Shown: positions 10,682 to 21,328, counted from the stretch's first letter. The stretch is 64,000 nt of DNA from Bacteroidota bacterium (GCA_020056225.1 JAGVIE010000017.1:251-64250); one strand, 5' to 3'. Numbers and translations are program-made. Notes: generated by a model not told the origin, from the sequence alone.

Positions 10682-11734
10682 TTAGTAAGTGAACAATAAA
10701 GAAATTCTGTGTACGCCGCCCAACCTGTTGAAGTTGGCAAAACTGTAATCGACATTCATCTTTGAAAAACTTACCGGCACTATGACTCCGAAACCGCATG
10801 TAAAATCGTCCTCTGAAGAGCCATCCTTTCCGAGCAATTGCTCTCCGAATGTGCGCTTCAAACCGAGTCTAAGAGATAACATGTCATTCCATGTATATTC
10901 TGTGCCTAATCTTATATTCTCAACATTATCATTAGGGTGATTTAATTGTATAGATGATGTTACTTTGTGCAATTCAGACTGATATGGTTCGAATGCGATA
11001 CCGACCTTGAATAAAGTCGGTGGTGAGAATGATCGGAAATCAGTAACAGTAGAATCTTCGAAAAGGTTCACACTACCCGACGGCGATACGTTACCTCCAA
11101 AATTTGTGACAACAACAGCAAAACGTACAGTTCCCAAACCAGTCCAGTAATATGTTCCTATATCTACCAACACGCTCCGCATTTTTAAAATATCAAGAGT
11201 CTCTTCGATATATTTGATAGTAGTGCCGAAGCTGAATTGATTGGTTAACTGTCTTGCGTATGTTACACCAAAAGCGAGATCGCCGTATTTAAACATCTCC
11301 CCTGTTCCGTGCGGGTTAGTTTCGTTCGTTACAGGCATGTCGTTCATCGATAGAGAAATAATACTGACTCCGACAATATCCGATGGAGTCAATTTATAAG
11401 TTGCTCCGAAGAATTCATGTTTAATATCTGCAACATACTGTGTATGCGATAAGATCACTTGATTTCCATCGGCTTGTAATAATCCTGCGGGATTCCAATA
11501 GAGTGATGATGCATCGTTGCCTATAGCCACAAACGATTCGCCTAATGCAGTTGCGCGCGCGCCGACACCGATTTTAAGAAACTGAAAAGCCGATATGCCA
11601 ACACGCTGTCCGCCTAAATTGGGAATCAATTGAGCGCTGAGTTGCGCGTTAAGCGTTAAAAGTAAAATTATAGGAATGCTATATCTAAACTTCATCAATC
11701 TTTCTATTATCTTTTTTACATTCATAATAATCAT
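10682..11734 (-). CDS. PorV/PorQ-family outer-membrane beta-barrel (copy 1)
   Basis: FLKIGVGARATALGESFVA..NDASSLYWNPAGL signature; amphipathic strands; ends in aromatic residue (FTY). Confidence 0.88.
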   Translation of the reverse strand: MIIMNVKKIIERLMKFRYSIPIILLLTLNAQLSAQLIPNLGGQRVGISAFQFLKIGVGARATALGESFVAIGNDASSLYWNPAGLLQADGNQVILSHTQYVADIKHEFFGATYKLTPSDIVGVSIISLSMNDMPVTNETNPHGTGEMFKYGDLAFGVTYARQLTNQFSFGTTIKYIEETLDILKMRSVLVDIGTYYWTGLGTVRFAVVVTNFGGNVSPSGSVNLFEDSTVTDFRSFSPPTLFKVGIAFEPYQSELHKVTSSIQLNHPNDNVENIRLGTEYTWNDMLSLRLGLKRTFGEQLLGKDGSSEDDFTCGFGVIVPVSFSKMNVDYSFANFNRLGGVHRISLLFTY

Positions 11735-11746
11735 TTTCCTGATGCC

Positions 11747-14650
11747 TTAGAACCTAAGAGATAAACCGAGTTTGAATGTACGGGGATTTAGATAACGAGC
11801 CGGATTATACGGATATGGGTCCAACGGCGCGGTTAAATCAGGATATAACGGATCGTTCCAATCTGTCGGTGTTACTTGACCGTATTCATATGCGGTTCCG
11901 GTTATTGGATTGATTATCTGAGCATTTTTATTGTTGAATACATTCTGGATTTCAAAGCTTAAAACTAATTTTATTAAATCAAACGATAAATATTTTTCAA
12001 AGTTCAAGTCGGTATAGAACCAATTGCTTCCGATTTGTTCATAAAGCTTTGTTCTATCAGACTGATACTCAGGTCTGCCGGTTGTCGGATTATAACGATA
12101 AAATTTCTGCGGCGTATATCTCTTCCCTGATTGAAAGAATAACCTGACATAAACATTATAATCATCGAGAATGCCTCTTCCGAATGCGAACAAAGGTTCA
12201 TTTTTGGGAATGTTAAAATTCAGATTTGCCGACGTCTGCCATGGTCTATCCCAGACAACATAATTCTCTTTCAGATTCTCTTCAACGCCCTGCTGAATGT
12301 TGTAGACGTTCTCGTTTGCGGCAGAACTTTTTCCGGTCGCGATACTGTAAGAACCCGACAATGTCGCCCTGAACATTTTCCCGATTCGCGTTTTATACTC
12401 CAACTCAATACCACGAATTCGGGCATAATCCTGGTTAATATAAATCGTATATAAACCGCGAGTCGTACCTGATATGATAGCTCGAAATTGTTTCGCTGTT
12501 ATATAATCGAAGATATCTTTGTAATATGCAGTTACCGAAAAGACATCATTCTCTGTAAGCTGATTTCTGAGGCCCAGCTCATATGCGACTGTAGTCTCTG
12601 GATTGAGATTTGGATTACCGATTGTCTGGAACGACGAACGGGATTTCGTTCCGCTGAGCTTTGAGTAAACAAATTGCGGTCTTGGCAATTTTGAAAAATG
12701 TCCATACGAGAAAAAGAGCGTTTGGTTATCCGTGATCGGGTGTGAAATCCCAAGTCGCGGACTTATACGCGCTTTCCAATATCTTCCGAACCATTTATAA
12801 CTATCTTTTGTGTATTGATCTTTGATTGCCTGCGGAACAAGAACAGCCGCCCCGGATTCAATCGCATCATCAACATATTTGCCTGGGATCCAATAATCAA
12901 GACGTAATCCAAAATTCAAAATCATCCCGCTCATAGTTATTCCGTCTTGACCATAAAGAGCGCCGTACGCAGGAAATACTTTATATATATCATTATCGAA
13001 CCCGAGCGGCTTCACCCATGGCTGTACAATATCGATCAACTGCATCTCTTGAAACCGGGTTTCTATTCCTGCTTTTATTTTATGCTTTTCGGTCGGTGTG
13101 GTTGAAAAATCAAATTTGAATGTTGATTCTTTCAGATAATGATCTCTCCATGAAGTCGGACTTCCATATTCATAGAATCCATCACCCGGTATAACATTGA
13201 TAGTATCAAGCGAGCCGGGATTCGGGTAATAATATTCCACCGGATAAGAAACAATATCCTTAGGCTCAATATAATCACCGAATGGCTTATCGGGATACGT
13301 AGCTTTTTTATTCGCATCACCTCGTACATGAGCAGTGTACAAACTCATCTTAACTTCATAAAAAGTTTTTGTGTTTAGAGTGTGAGTCCAACTTAGACTA
13401 TGCTGGGTGTTTATCTGAGTATAAGTAGCCGCATTATCGGGAATTTTCTGAAAGAGAAACTGGTACCCGGGATTCGGTTCTACGCGATCCAGTGTTGCCT
13501 GCACGGTTTGTGAATTCTGATCGATCTGGATTGATTTGCTGAACGCGTATGATAATTTCATAGTTGCTTCAGGTTTATAAGTTAATTTCGTCAGACCTGA
13601 ATAACTGTTGCTTCTTCTGGGTGAATATTTTGTGCCGCCGAGTATAGTAGAATATAATCCCTCCGGTGCGAATGCTGCATAACCAACCGGTCTTCCACCG
13701 GCAAGCGTTTCTACCCAGCGTGTATAGCCATCTGAAAAATTAGCTGAAAAATTTGAAAAGAAGCTCAGACTTCCCGGAATTGTCAATCCGATTGCCGGCA
13801 GAGCATATGTCATTATCGGTTCAGGTCCGCTAAGATTAAATTCATATATATCGGTGTTAAAATTCGATCTTGTGTCATTATTGAATCCAAAGTGATCTCT
13901 TTTATGAGCCACGGCACCTGAATAACTCTTTGCTCCCTCTTTTGTTGTTATATTGACAACGCCTGAAGTTGCTTGTCCATATTCCGCGTTATAACCACCG
14001 GTGAGTACTTCTACCTCAGCTATTGCCTGTGGTGCGATCTGCAAACCAAATCCCTGACCTGCAAGAGGATCTTGTACAGAGATGCCATCGATGAGATAAG
14101 CATTTTCGTAACTACGACCGCCGCGTATATGGATCTCATTATCCGATTGTACAACTCCAGTCTGAAGCGATACAACATCTTTCACATCTTTCACACCCGT
14201 TACCTGAATATCTTCGCTTGTAATCGACCGCCGGCTCGATGTTTCTTCGATATTGAAGAGTGGCTTTTCTCCTATAATGATAACCTCTTGTCCTAATGAA
14301 AGTACTGTCCCATCCATCTTGACGTTTAGTGTAGTCGATTCTCCCTCAGTTACTTTTATACCTGTATATTGCATTGTCTTATAGCCAATGAGACTGACTT
14401 CGACAGTATATGACCCTGGATTAATATTAGCGATGGTAAAATTCCCTTCAATGTTGGTTGCGGCGCCGTAGTAAGAGCCTTTTATAACAACATTCACACT
14501 GGGAAGTGGATCATTTGATGCTTTATCTACGACAGTACCCTTTATGGTTCCTTTTGATTGCGGGTAAGCAGGTTGAACGAAGGCAAGCAATATTATAATG
14601 GAAATTAATACTCTCATAAATCTATTCCGATGCGATATCAATTTTTTCAT
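11747..14650 (-). CDS. TonB-dependent receptor (non-SusC type) with carboxypeptidase-regulatory-like N-terminal domain (copy 1)
   Basis: G.IKG.V.D...PL..VNV, plug IHIRGGRS.EN.YLIDG, GGYNAEYGQA.SGVVNI.TK, NP.L.PE, terminal F. Confidence 0.92.
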   Translation of the reverse strand: MKKLISHRNRFMRVLISIIILLAFVQPAYPQSKGTIKGTVVDKASNDPLPSVNVVIKGSYYGAATNIEGNFTIANINPGSYTVEVSLIGYKTMQYTGIKVTEGESTTLNVKMDGTVLSLGQEVIIIGEKPLFNIEETSSRRSITSEDIQVTGVKDVKDVVSLQTGVVQSDNEIHIRGGRSYENAYLIDGISVQDPLAGQGFGLQIAPQAIAEVEVLTGGYNAEYGQATSGVVNITTKEGAKSYSGAVAHKRDHFGFNNDTRSNFNTDIYEFNLSGPEPIMTYALPAIGLTIPGSLSFFSNFSANFSDGYTRWVETLAGGRPVGYAAFAPEGLYSTILGGTKYSPRRSNSYSGLTKLTYKPEATMKLSYAFSKSIQIDQNSQTVQATLDRVEPNPGYQFLFQKIPDNAATYTQINTQHSLSWTHTLNTKTFYEVKMSLYTAHVRGDANKKATYPDKPFGDYIEPKDIVSYPVEYYYPNPGSLDTINVIPGDGFYEYGSPTSWRDHYLKESTFKFDFSTTPTEKHKIKAGIETRFQEMQLIDIVQPWVKPLGFDNDIYKVFPAYGALYGQDGITMSGMILNFGLRLDYWIPGKYVDDAIESGAAVLVPQAIKDQYTKDSYKWFGRYWKARISPRLGISHPITDNQTLFFSYGHFSKLPRPQFVYSKLSGTKSRSSFQTIGNPNLNPETTVAYELGLRNQLTENDVFSVTAYYKDIFDYITAKQFRAIISGTTRGLYTIYINQDYARIRGIELEYKTRIGKMFRATLSGSYSIATGKSSAANENVYNIQQGVEENLKENYVVWDRPWQTSANLNFNIPKNEPLFAFGRGILDDYNVYVRLFFQSGKRYTPQKFYRYNPTTGRPEYQSDRTKLYEQIGSNWFYTDLNFEKYLSFDLIKLVLSFEIQNVFNNKNAQIINPITGTAYEYGQVTPTDWNDPLYPDLTAPLDPYPYNPARYLNPRTFKLGLSLRF

Positions 14651-16422
14651 TATCCGCCGAATTCATCTATGAAAACACGTTTCAGAAAAGCTGGAACACC
14701 AAGTCCATCTCCCGGCGGTTTTGAGGGCCACCTTTGTTCATAACCGTTCATTATGTGAAGGGGTAAGCTCAAGAAGACAAATTGTCTATTCACATCGATA
14801 ACACCTATGTTTATTCGTTTACGCCATTTAAGAGTTGTCCCAGGCATAGTAATGGTAGTGTCGGGAGGTATTGAATAGATGTAATCGGCGCCGGCTTCTT
14901 TAATAAAATCTCTGACGAAAATTGTATAGGCTCCGCCTGAGTTTAACGTCGGGGTGAATCTCAGCCGGGGGAAGGAATCGGCATCTGTAGAAGGATCAAT
15001 GGGCCAATCGTTCGGAACACGGGTGGAATATAGTGTATCTATAATCCTATCGACTGGGGCAAAATCGACTAATGAACCTCGAGGATCACCGAGGTAATAT
15101 CCGAAGCGTGTCGAATATAAAACTTTACCTCCTGCACCCGTGTAAAGATATAAAGGATATTGTGCTATCGAATGTACATGTGCCCAGTTGTCCGGAATAT
15201 AATCTGTGAACCAAAAAACGTATTTATACAGCATGAGCGTTCTCACGAATGCCGGATTGAGATTTGGTGGTACTAACTCACCCACATTTTTATCAGTTGT
15301 ACCTCGGCGTATATCCAGAACATCGAAATTTCCAAGATTTCTCGGATAGGATACACCGGGGAACGCATCTATTGCTGCAAATGCAGATCGATAAAAAGGA
15401 ATGATTGCTGTGTCCGGTACTGGCAGATCATAGTTAACAATAGTAAGTAAACTGCTCTTTGGTTTACGTACATACCAGGTATTATTTCCATCCGGCAAAG
15501 AAACCATAGGACTGTATTCACCAGCCAAATCTTTCGCCTGAAGGTAAATTTTGTTTGTATCATCGAGATGCAACCCCTGTACGGTTCCGAGTTTTTTCAT
15601 TATCGGGAAAGACCCGGAGTAAACATCCGCATCGACTACTCCTGTAGCGCCGTCCGATCTTAATCGAGGAACCTCTAATGTTACCATCGTGTGCGAAGAT
15701 GAGAACTCGAACCATGAAGCTGAATCACCTGGATTATTAAGATTTATCCTGTATGCCTTGAGAGTATTAATACCATCTATGTCGTCTCCTGTCCAAGTGA
15801 ATGTTGCAACTGTATATGTCGTATCCGGCTGCTGAATGGTTTTTGTAGGATCGAAAGGATCTTTGGAAAATTCAACTGTCGGCGGTGAATTTTTAATAGA
15901 GAATATCTGCGTCGCACCGGTTGGGTCGATTGCGTACTTCAAGTTGGGTAACCGTAAATCGTCACCGTCATAAATATTGTTGCGGTTTTTGTCCCAGTAC
16001 GGCTGTGAATTCAATCTTACTATTCCACCGACACTGATGGAATCTTTTAAAGTGTTGTCTACAGCCCGTACGATTACAGTGAAACGCTCTTTCGCAGATA
16101 GCAATGGGAATGAAACGAGACTATCATTCGCAGTCACCCATGTGTAGCCCAAAGTATCGGGGATTTGGTTGCCGGGGACACTATCGGTTTTGTAGAATGC
16201 GAACAAAAATCCCTTTACGATTCCATCAGGATCCTCGCCCCACCATTTTACCGACTGTCTGCTGATTACCGGAGCGAGTTGCTTCGACGTATCAATCTGA
16301 ATCCACAAAAACGTTTTAGGCGGTACGTTCTGTTTGGGACTAACCGGATTATCTTTCTGACAGCTCAGAAAGATCAGAGCTGCCAGAAAGACAAATATTA
16401 CGGATACGAATATTCTTGACAT
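14650..16422 (-). CDS. Hypothetical lipoprotein with two Ig/FN3-like W.G.D.DG repeats
   Basis: Lipobox FLSC; PPKT...WWGEDPDG and NSPPT...WTGDDIDG; stop overlaps the TBDR start. Confidence 0.75.
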   Translation of the reverse strand: MSRIFVSVIFVFLAALIFLSCQKDNPVSPKQNVPPKTFLWIQIDTSKQLAPVISRQSVKWWGEDPDGIVKGFLFAFYKTDSVPGNQIPDTLGYTWVTANDSLVSFPLLSAKERFTVIVRAVDNTLKDSISVGGIVRLNSQPYWDKNRNNIYDGDDLRLPNLKYAIDPTGATQIFSIKNSPPTVEFSKDPFDPTKTIQQPDTTYTVATFTWTGDDIDGINTLKAYRINLNNPGDSASWFEFSSSHTMVTLEVPRLRSDGATGVVDADVYSGSFPIMKKLGTVQGLHLDDTNKIYLQAKDLAGEYSPMVSLPDGNNTWYVRKPKSSLLTIVNYDLPVPDTAIIPFYRSAFAAIDAFPGVSYPRNLGNFDVLDIRRGTTDKNVGELVPPNLNPAFVRTLMLYKYVFWFTDYIPDNWAHVHSIAQYPLYLYTGAGGKVLYSTRFGYYLGDPRGSLVDFAPVDRIIDTLYSTRVPNDWPIDPSTDADSFPRLRFTPTLNSGGAYTIFVRDFIKEAGADYIYSIPPDTTITMPGTTLKWRKRINIGVIDVNRQFVFLSLPLHIMNGYEQRWPSKPPGDGLGVPAFLKRVFIDEFGG

Positions 16423-18648
16423 TTACTTCACTAACATCATTTTTTTAACTTGATTGAAATTACTTGTTTGTAAACGATAGAAATAAATACCAGAAGAAAG
16501 TTTCGAGCCGTCGAATGTAACATGATACCGACCGGCTTTCTGGATTTCGTTTTTCAGAGTTGCGACTTCCTGTCCTAAAATATTATAAACTTTTAGAGTG
16601 ACGAAATCCGCTCTGGGAAGTCCGTACTCAATAACTGTCTTCGGATTGAACGGGTTCGGGTAGTTATTCGACAATTCGTAAACAGCCGGCAGTGGTTTAA
16701 ATGTTTCTTCCCCAACACTCAACGGCAGATATGTTCCATAGTCTGCGTTTGTTCTTGGAGCAACCTTGTACCGGTTGTAGCTGTAGTGGAGAATTCCTCT
16801 CAATCCTGCAAATTTATCACCGGTCTTAAGGATTGTTGTTCCCGGATAAATTGTATCTCCTTCAACGGTTGAGTATGTATTCTTACCATCTCTCAGAACA
16901 GTGATTTCACCTGTTTTATCATCAACGTTATATTCTGTGAATACCTGATATGTTGGATTCAGATTAGTCACCTCAACAGTATCGAATTCAACCAACATAC
17001 CTTCCCATGGCTCGGCATTAAAATCTCCATTACTCACCAACGAGCCGAATGTTCCGGTCGTAAATTTAACGGGATCGGGAATTGGATTTCCGACAGATAA
17101 TATTTCAACTGCCGAGATGTTATCGAGGCATGTAACATCACTCGTGTAATTATGATATTCGGTTATGGTTCCTGTGATCGCAACACTATCGCCTTTTTGC
17201 AGGCTTGACAATGTATCCATAATTCCATTAAACCACAGACCGCTAAACGGACCATTACCTGATTGCATATGCCATACAGATACACCACGGTTATTTATCG
17301 GGGCAAGTCCATAGTCGCTTGTATCGGAAGTTACGATACCACGAATCGTTGTTACCGCACCAACATATGGACTCCTGCCGTTAGTGAATGTTGTATACTG
17401 AACGTCATGAATAGTCAGAACACCATCAGTGACTTTATAGAAATAAAGTCCCTTAGATGTATCAGTACCGATAGCACCACCGGCGCCGTTTGCGGAAATC
17501 GAATAATATCCGTTAATATCAGTTACTTTTATAAAATATTTAACATCAGTGCCGATGGACTGAGCGGGAATATTTACGCTGTAGAGAGTATCGCTGCTAA
17601 TTGCTAACATAGTGTCGATGTTGTATGGTCCATCATTCACGCTGTAATATATTAATCGAGATGCTATTGTGGAACCAAGAGGTAATTGTTTTATAACTGC
17701 TTCGATTCTCGGCGTGCTATCGGGTGTAACAATCACAGGATAACGATACACTCTCGAAATCGCAGGACGACTCACACCAAGCACCATATCACCCGGGTAT
17801 ACAGGTGCAATGTTATATCCGTAATTATTCTGTTGTCCTGAGACTGGCGTTATCCAACCTCTAAGAGTATCAATTTGTGAAAAATCTGCGGGATGAGCGT
17901 AAGTTGACGTTGGATCTTTATGGACTCGCGTTGTGAACCATTTTGATGCGTCATAGGTGGCGATGTTGTTCCCCTCAGCATCAACTATTAAGACTCCATA
18001 ACCGGTACTTAATCTTGATACAACCGTTAAGTTTGTTAATTCCACATACTTCGCTTCTAGCGGCTCACCTGTTGTATATTTGACGCCATTAGGATATGAG
18101 CTTTGATAAAGACCACGATAAAAATCTCCGACTGCCGAATTTGTTATTGGTGGAAGCTCCTGTTGACCGATAATATCATAGGTCAAACTTCTGTTAGGTA
18201 CTATTTGAGACATGCTATTCATGGAGCTTGAAGGGAATTCTGTAATCGGACCTGTAATCTCAACAATATCACCTGGCTGAACACCAAGCATGCTAGCATA
18301 ATAAACTGAATCAGATGGATTGGTTGTAGAACTTAGATTGGGTCTTACAAATATATGACTAAAAGCACCATTGTATCCTGTATCGGCAAGTACCAAATTA
18401 TAACCGATAGATGTATAAGTAAAAACTTTTGCAGGTATCACACACACACCAACAATTCTTACTGTATCTCCAAAATAATTTGCACCTTGCAAAGTCCATC
18501 TTGTACCGACATTCTGAAGCTGGTCGGCAACTAACAATGAATCATTTGGTCGATACTGAATATCACGTATGTTGCGGTAAGGATACTGTGCGTCGGCGAT
18601 AGTCGCCAAGACAAATATCATTAATAGAACTCTTAACAAAACCTTCAT
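16423..18648 (-). CDS. T9SS type-A CTD protein with duplicated OB-fold-like modules resembling the non-catalytic parts of YhcR/ExeM-type extracellular nucleases
   Basis: Signal peptide; NIRDIQY...V.IVGV / GD.VEITG.I.EF / EPLEAKYVEL repeated as TIHDVQY..SPYVG..RGIVT / GD.VAITGTITEY / EPWEGMLVEF; CTD NYPNPFNP...KMMLVK. Confidence 0.72.
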   Translation of the reverse strand: MKVLLRVLLMIFVLATIADAQYPYRNIRDIQYRPNDSLLVADQLQNVGTRWTLQGANYFGDTVRIVGVCVIPAKVFTYTSIGYNLVLADTGYNGAFSHIFVRPNLSSTTNPSDSVYYASMLGVQPGDIVEITGPITEFPSSSMNSMSQIVPNRSLTYDIIGQQELPPITNSAVGDFYRGLYQSSYPNGVKYTTGEPLEAKYVELTNLTVVSRLSTGYGVLIVDAEGNNIATYDASKWFTTRVHKDPTSTYAHPADFSQIDTLRGWITPVSGQQNNYGYNIAPVYPGDMVLGVSRPAISRVYRYPVIVTPDSTPRIEAVIKQLPLGSTIASRLIYYSVNDGPYNIDTMLAISSDTLYSVNIPAQSIGTDVKYFIKVTDINGYYSISANGAGGAIGTDTSKGLYFYKVTDGVLTIHDVQYTTFTNGRSPYVGAVTTIRGIVTSDTSDYGLAPINNRGVSVWHMQSGNGPFSGLWFNGIMDTLSSLQKGDSVAITGTITEYHNYTSDVTCLDNISAVEILSVGNPIPDPVKFTTGTFGSLVSNGDFNAEPWEGMLVEFDTVEVTNLNPTYQVFTEYNVDDKTGEITVLRDGKNTYSTVEGDTIYPGTTILKTGDKFAGLRGILHYSYNRYKVAPRTNADYGTYLPLSVGEETFKPLPAVYELSNNYPNPFNPKTVIEYGLPRADFVTLKVYNILGQEVATLKNEIQKAGRYHVTFDGSKLSSGIYFYRLQTSNFNQVKKMMLVK

Positions 18649-18706
18649 TGTAAATCTCCTTTTTTATATGATAAAATTAAAAATAATATTTCATCGTGAT
18701 TATAGA

Positions 18707-20854
18707 TCATTTAACTACCAAAAATTTTCCTATTCGAACATCGCCCGTTTCATTATCTTTTACCGAAACGAGATACAAGCCGGTTGCAATGGCTTGATCG
18801 TACCGTGATATCAAATCCCACGCATGTTCACCGCCCGAAAACTGGGGAGGAGCGAGCAGTGTTTCAAATTTAGTGAACCAGTCTATATCTGAGCCATCGT
18901 ATGTCGATGCATCATGATCGATATTTGCAACAATATCTCCAGCCAATGTATATATCCGTATTTCACATCGTGCCGGGAGATTAAAAAAAATAATTTTTCT
19001 GTTTCTCTCGCCGCCGGTACTGCCATCCCAATATGCTTTGGCATAATAAGGATTCGGATAAATACCTATATCGGTCGATTTTTTCGAATTAGGCTTAGTA
19101 CCGGAGATAACCCTCACAATAGATTTAGGACTTTCATTATCCGGCGGAGATCCTGTATCAAAAGCCGCAACTCCATACATATACTGCCAGCCATTTAGGT
19201 GAGTCAGATTCATATCAACCGGCGGGAATCTATACCAATATTTATTGGTATCCTCAGGAAAAGTTTTAGGTTCATCCAATTTAACTCTGGAGAAACCTGT
19301 ATTATATCCAATATTATTCGTATCAATATCATACTCACCTACAAGAGCCATGTCGCTAAGGAAATTTTCCGGCGTAGTTATATCCACCCCTGCATTACTG
19401 CGATATACTCTATACCCTTCGAAATCTTTGGCTTGTGTTACAGGATCTACAGATTCTTCAGATGTAATTTTATCCCAATAAATTATCACACTATTATCTG
19501 CAACTTCAGCGCGCACCTTCGGACGTCGTGGAGGTTGGGATACGCTATAGCGAGTCAATTTTCCATCTCCGTTAAAATCTTCGCCTTCGTCAAGAATACC
19601 ATTACCGTTTAGGTCTTCTCCGTTATAAGTTTTCTGCGCCCATCCAAGATTATTAAACAATGTAGCTCTCTGTTCCGGATAGTCATATCTTGCGTGATCC
19701 TGTCCATATTTTTTAGCAGTAACAATTGCGAATATTACTTTCAGAGAATCGTGAGGATACATGGTTATGAAAGGTCCGGTAGAGAGTAATAACGTCGCAT
19801 TAGTCGGTGCGGTTCTAAGAGTAGCTATTTTCGAAGCTGACATAGAGGTTGTCATTCTTGCATATCGATTCATCCATCGATTTAGGTCTTCATCATCAAG
19901 AGAAGGAGAAAAGAATTCTTGGTCTCCTACTGATGTTCTAAATTTCCAGGCGTTGAAATATGTTTTAGTCGACAAATCACGAAGTGAATCGATTGTTTTT
20001 GGGAAAGGACTCACGCCAAGTAGACTCATAGCGATATAACTGCTCGCAGGTGGACCTTGATTATTTCCATCAAAATCGAATGCGTACGCCATCCTTCTTA
20101 CTGAATCGTATCCCGCGGCTACGTTGAAATATCCCGAACTGCCCGGTCGGACAAAGTTAGTATTCCTAACGACAAAATTGTTCCACAATCCAACGTAAAC
20201 AGAATCCAGAGTATCTATGACAACTTTTTGTGAATAAGGATCTTTATATCCCTCGTTATAGAAAGTGTAACTTAGTATTACAAAAAAATCGGCTGTGGGT
20301 AAATTCCATGCGTAACTTTCTTGTTTGACTTTCAATCCCAACGGTAGATGGTACGGTATGGTATCACCGGTAAGCGGGTCACGCACATATTTATCAGTGT
20401 ATTCACAAATGAAATCCAGATCACTCACAGCGCCATCGGTTGGTAAACCTGAGAATGGATCGATTGACCTTTTGATAATCCCAGACCCTTCCTCCGAAGT
20501 GAACTCATAATGTCTTCCGCTAACTCCGCTAAGGCTCCAATCTGTTGCACCGGTTGACACTGCGGCACGCCCCCTGAGACGAGAATAAGCGCCGAACCAT
20601 ACACCACCCTGATAGAGATGTTCAATACCCGATCCACGGGGATATTCTGCTGAATATTGTTCGGGCCAATATGCATTTCTTGCACCTATGGTTCCGTAAT
20701 TTGTCACAGTAAGCTGTAAATCACCTACATTGACAACCTGACGCTGATCTTTATCGGTTATCTTCGATAACGACCTAATTGATTCATCATCTTGCTGACT
20801 AAAAACAGTAATGGAATAAATGAAAAAATAAAACAAAATAAAGTTATGTTTCAT
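18707..20854 (-). CDS. Secreted surface protein with FN3-like domain and variant T9SS-like CTD (paralog of 41213..44827)
   Basis: Signal peptide; EYPRGSG; DLNGNGILD/DFNGDG Ca-binding-like motifs; QPP..P...WD...DFEGYRVYRS; YPNPY...IIFFNLP..C.IRIYTLAG...WDL...ATGLY...GKFLVVK. Confidence 0.8.
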   Translation of the reverse strand: MKHNFILFYFFIYSITVFSQQDDESIRSLSKITDKDQRQVVNVGDLQLTVTNYGTIGARNAYWPEQYSAEYPRGSGIEHLYQGGVWFGAYSRLRGRAAVSTGATDWSLSGVSGRHYEFTSEEGSGIIKRSIDPFSGLPTDGAVSDLDFICEYTDKYVRDPLTGDTIPYHLPLGLKVKQESYAWNLPTADFFVILSYTFYNEGYKDPYSQKVVIDTLDSVYVGLWNNFVVRNTNFVRPGSSGYFNVAAGYDSVRRMAYAFDFDGNNQGPPASSYIAMSLLGVSPFPKTIDSLRDLSTKTYFNAWKFRTSVGDQEFFSPSLDDEDLNRWMNRYARMTTSMSASKIATLRTAPTNATLLLSTGPFITMYPHDSLKVIFAIVTAKKYGQDHARYDYPEQRATLFNNLGWAQKTYNGEDLNGNGILDEGEDFNGDGKLTRYSVSQPPRRPKVRAEVADNSVIIYWDKITSEESVDPVTQAKDFEGYRVYRSNAGVDITTPENFLSDMALVGEYDIDTNNIGYNTGFSRVKLDEPKTFPEDTNKYWYRFPPVDMNLTHLNGWQYMYGVAAFDTGSPPDNESPKSIVRVISGTKPNSKKSTDIGIYPNPYYAKAYWDGSTGGERNRKIIFFNLPARCEIRIYTLAGDIVANIDHDASTYDGSDIDWFTKFETLLAPPQFSGGEHAWDLISRYDQAIATGLYLVSVKDNETGDVRIGKFLVVK

Positions 20855-21005
20855 TAAGATACTCAGTAATTCCTTAGGAGATTTGTTGGATGGATATTAA
20901 ATGTGCAAAATGTAATTTCACGACCATTATTAAAAATAGATGTTCCGAGAATTTGGAAAATTGTCTTCTTTATACGAGAACTTAATGTTTTATCACCAAA
21001 TCAGG

Positions 21006-21100
21006 AGAAAACGCTTTCAAGTCTTAACGAATAAGGATTAATTCGATTGGACTAGATTAATGATTATTGCAAATATAAATCATTTTTTGAAGAAATCAAA
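21006..21100 (-). promoter_or_regulatory. Putative promoter and LacI-family-like operator for uptake locus 1
   Basis: Minus strand TTTG-N19-TATATTTG (21100-21070); downstream near-palindrome TGAAAGCGTTTTCT (21006-21019). Confidence 0.5.
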
Positions 21101-21195
21101 ACTATTAGATTAGAAAATATAATGAATATATCACTGTTAATATTTGGTTAGGACACTATTAATTAAATCATTAGATAAATTTAATAAAAGCAATC

Positions 21196-21224
21196 TTGAC
21201 AGTTCAGCAGCAAATTTGTAACAT
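21196..21224 (+). promoter_or_regulatory. Near-consensus sigma70 promoter
   Basis: TTGACA-17 bp-TAACAT. Confidence 0.7.
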
Positions 21225-21230
21225 ATTTTT

Positions 21231-21328
21231 AATGAATATCTTTTCACTCTATCGGTATCGTTTTTATGTGCCGATAGAAACCAAACCAAGCGCTCAGGTA
21301 AGCCCCCGACCTGAGCGTTTTGCTTTTT
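21231..21328 (+). ncRNA. Candidate ~100-nt small RNA with two hairpins ending in an intrinsic terminator (also contains a 32-codon leaderless ORF 21232..21330)
   Basis: Promoter directly upstream; 10-bp stem 21248-57/21269-78; 12-bp stem 21288-99/21309-20 with C-rich loop, followed by TGCTTTTT. Confidence 0.45.

Noticed and set aside
11747..16422. Calling the TBDR plus upstream lipoprotein a SusC/SusD pair
   Set aside because: The TBDR lacks SusC/RagA signature motifs. The lipoprotein looks beta-rich with W.G.D.DG repeats rather than TPR-helical, and it lies upstream of the TBDR.
20855..21065. Riboswitch in the long leader of uptake locus 1
   Set aside because: No cobalamin, TPP or other aptamer consensus recognised; the region is AT-rich with little stable pairing.
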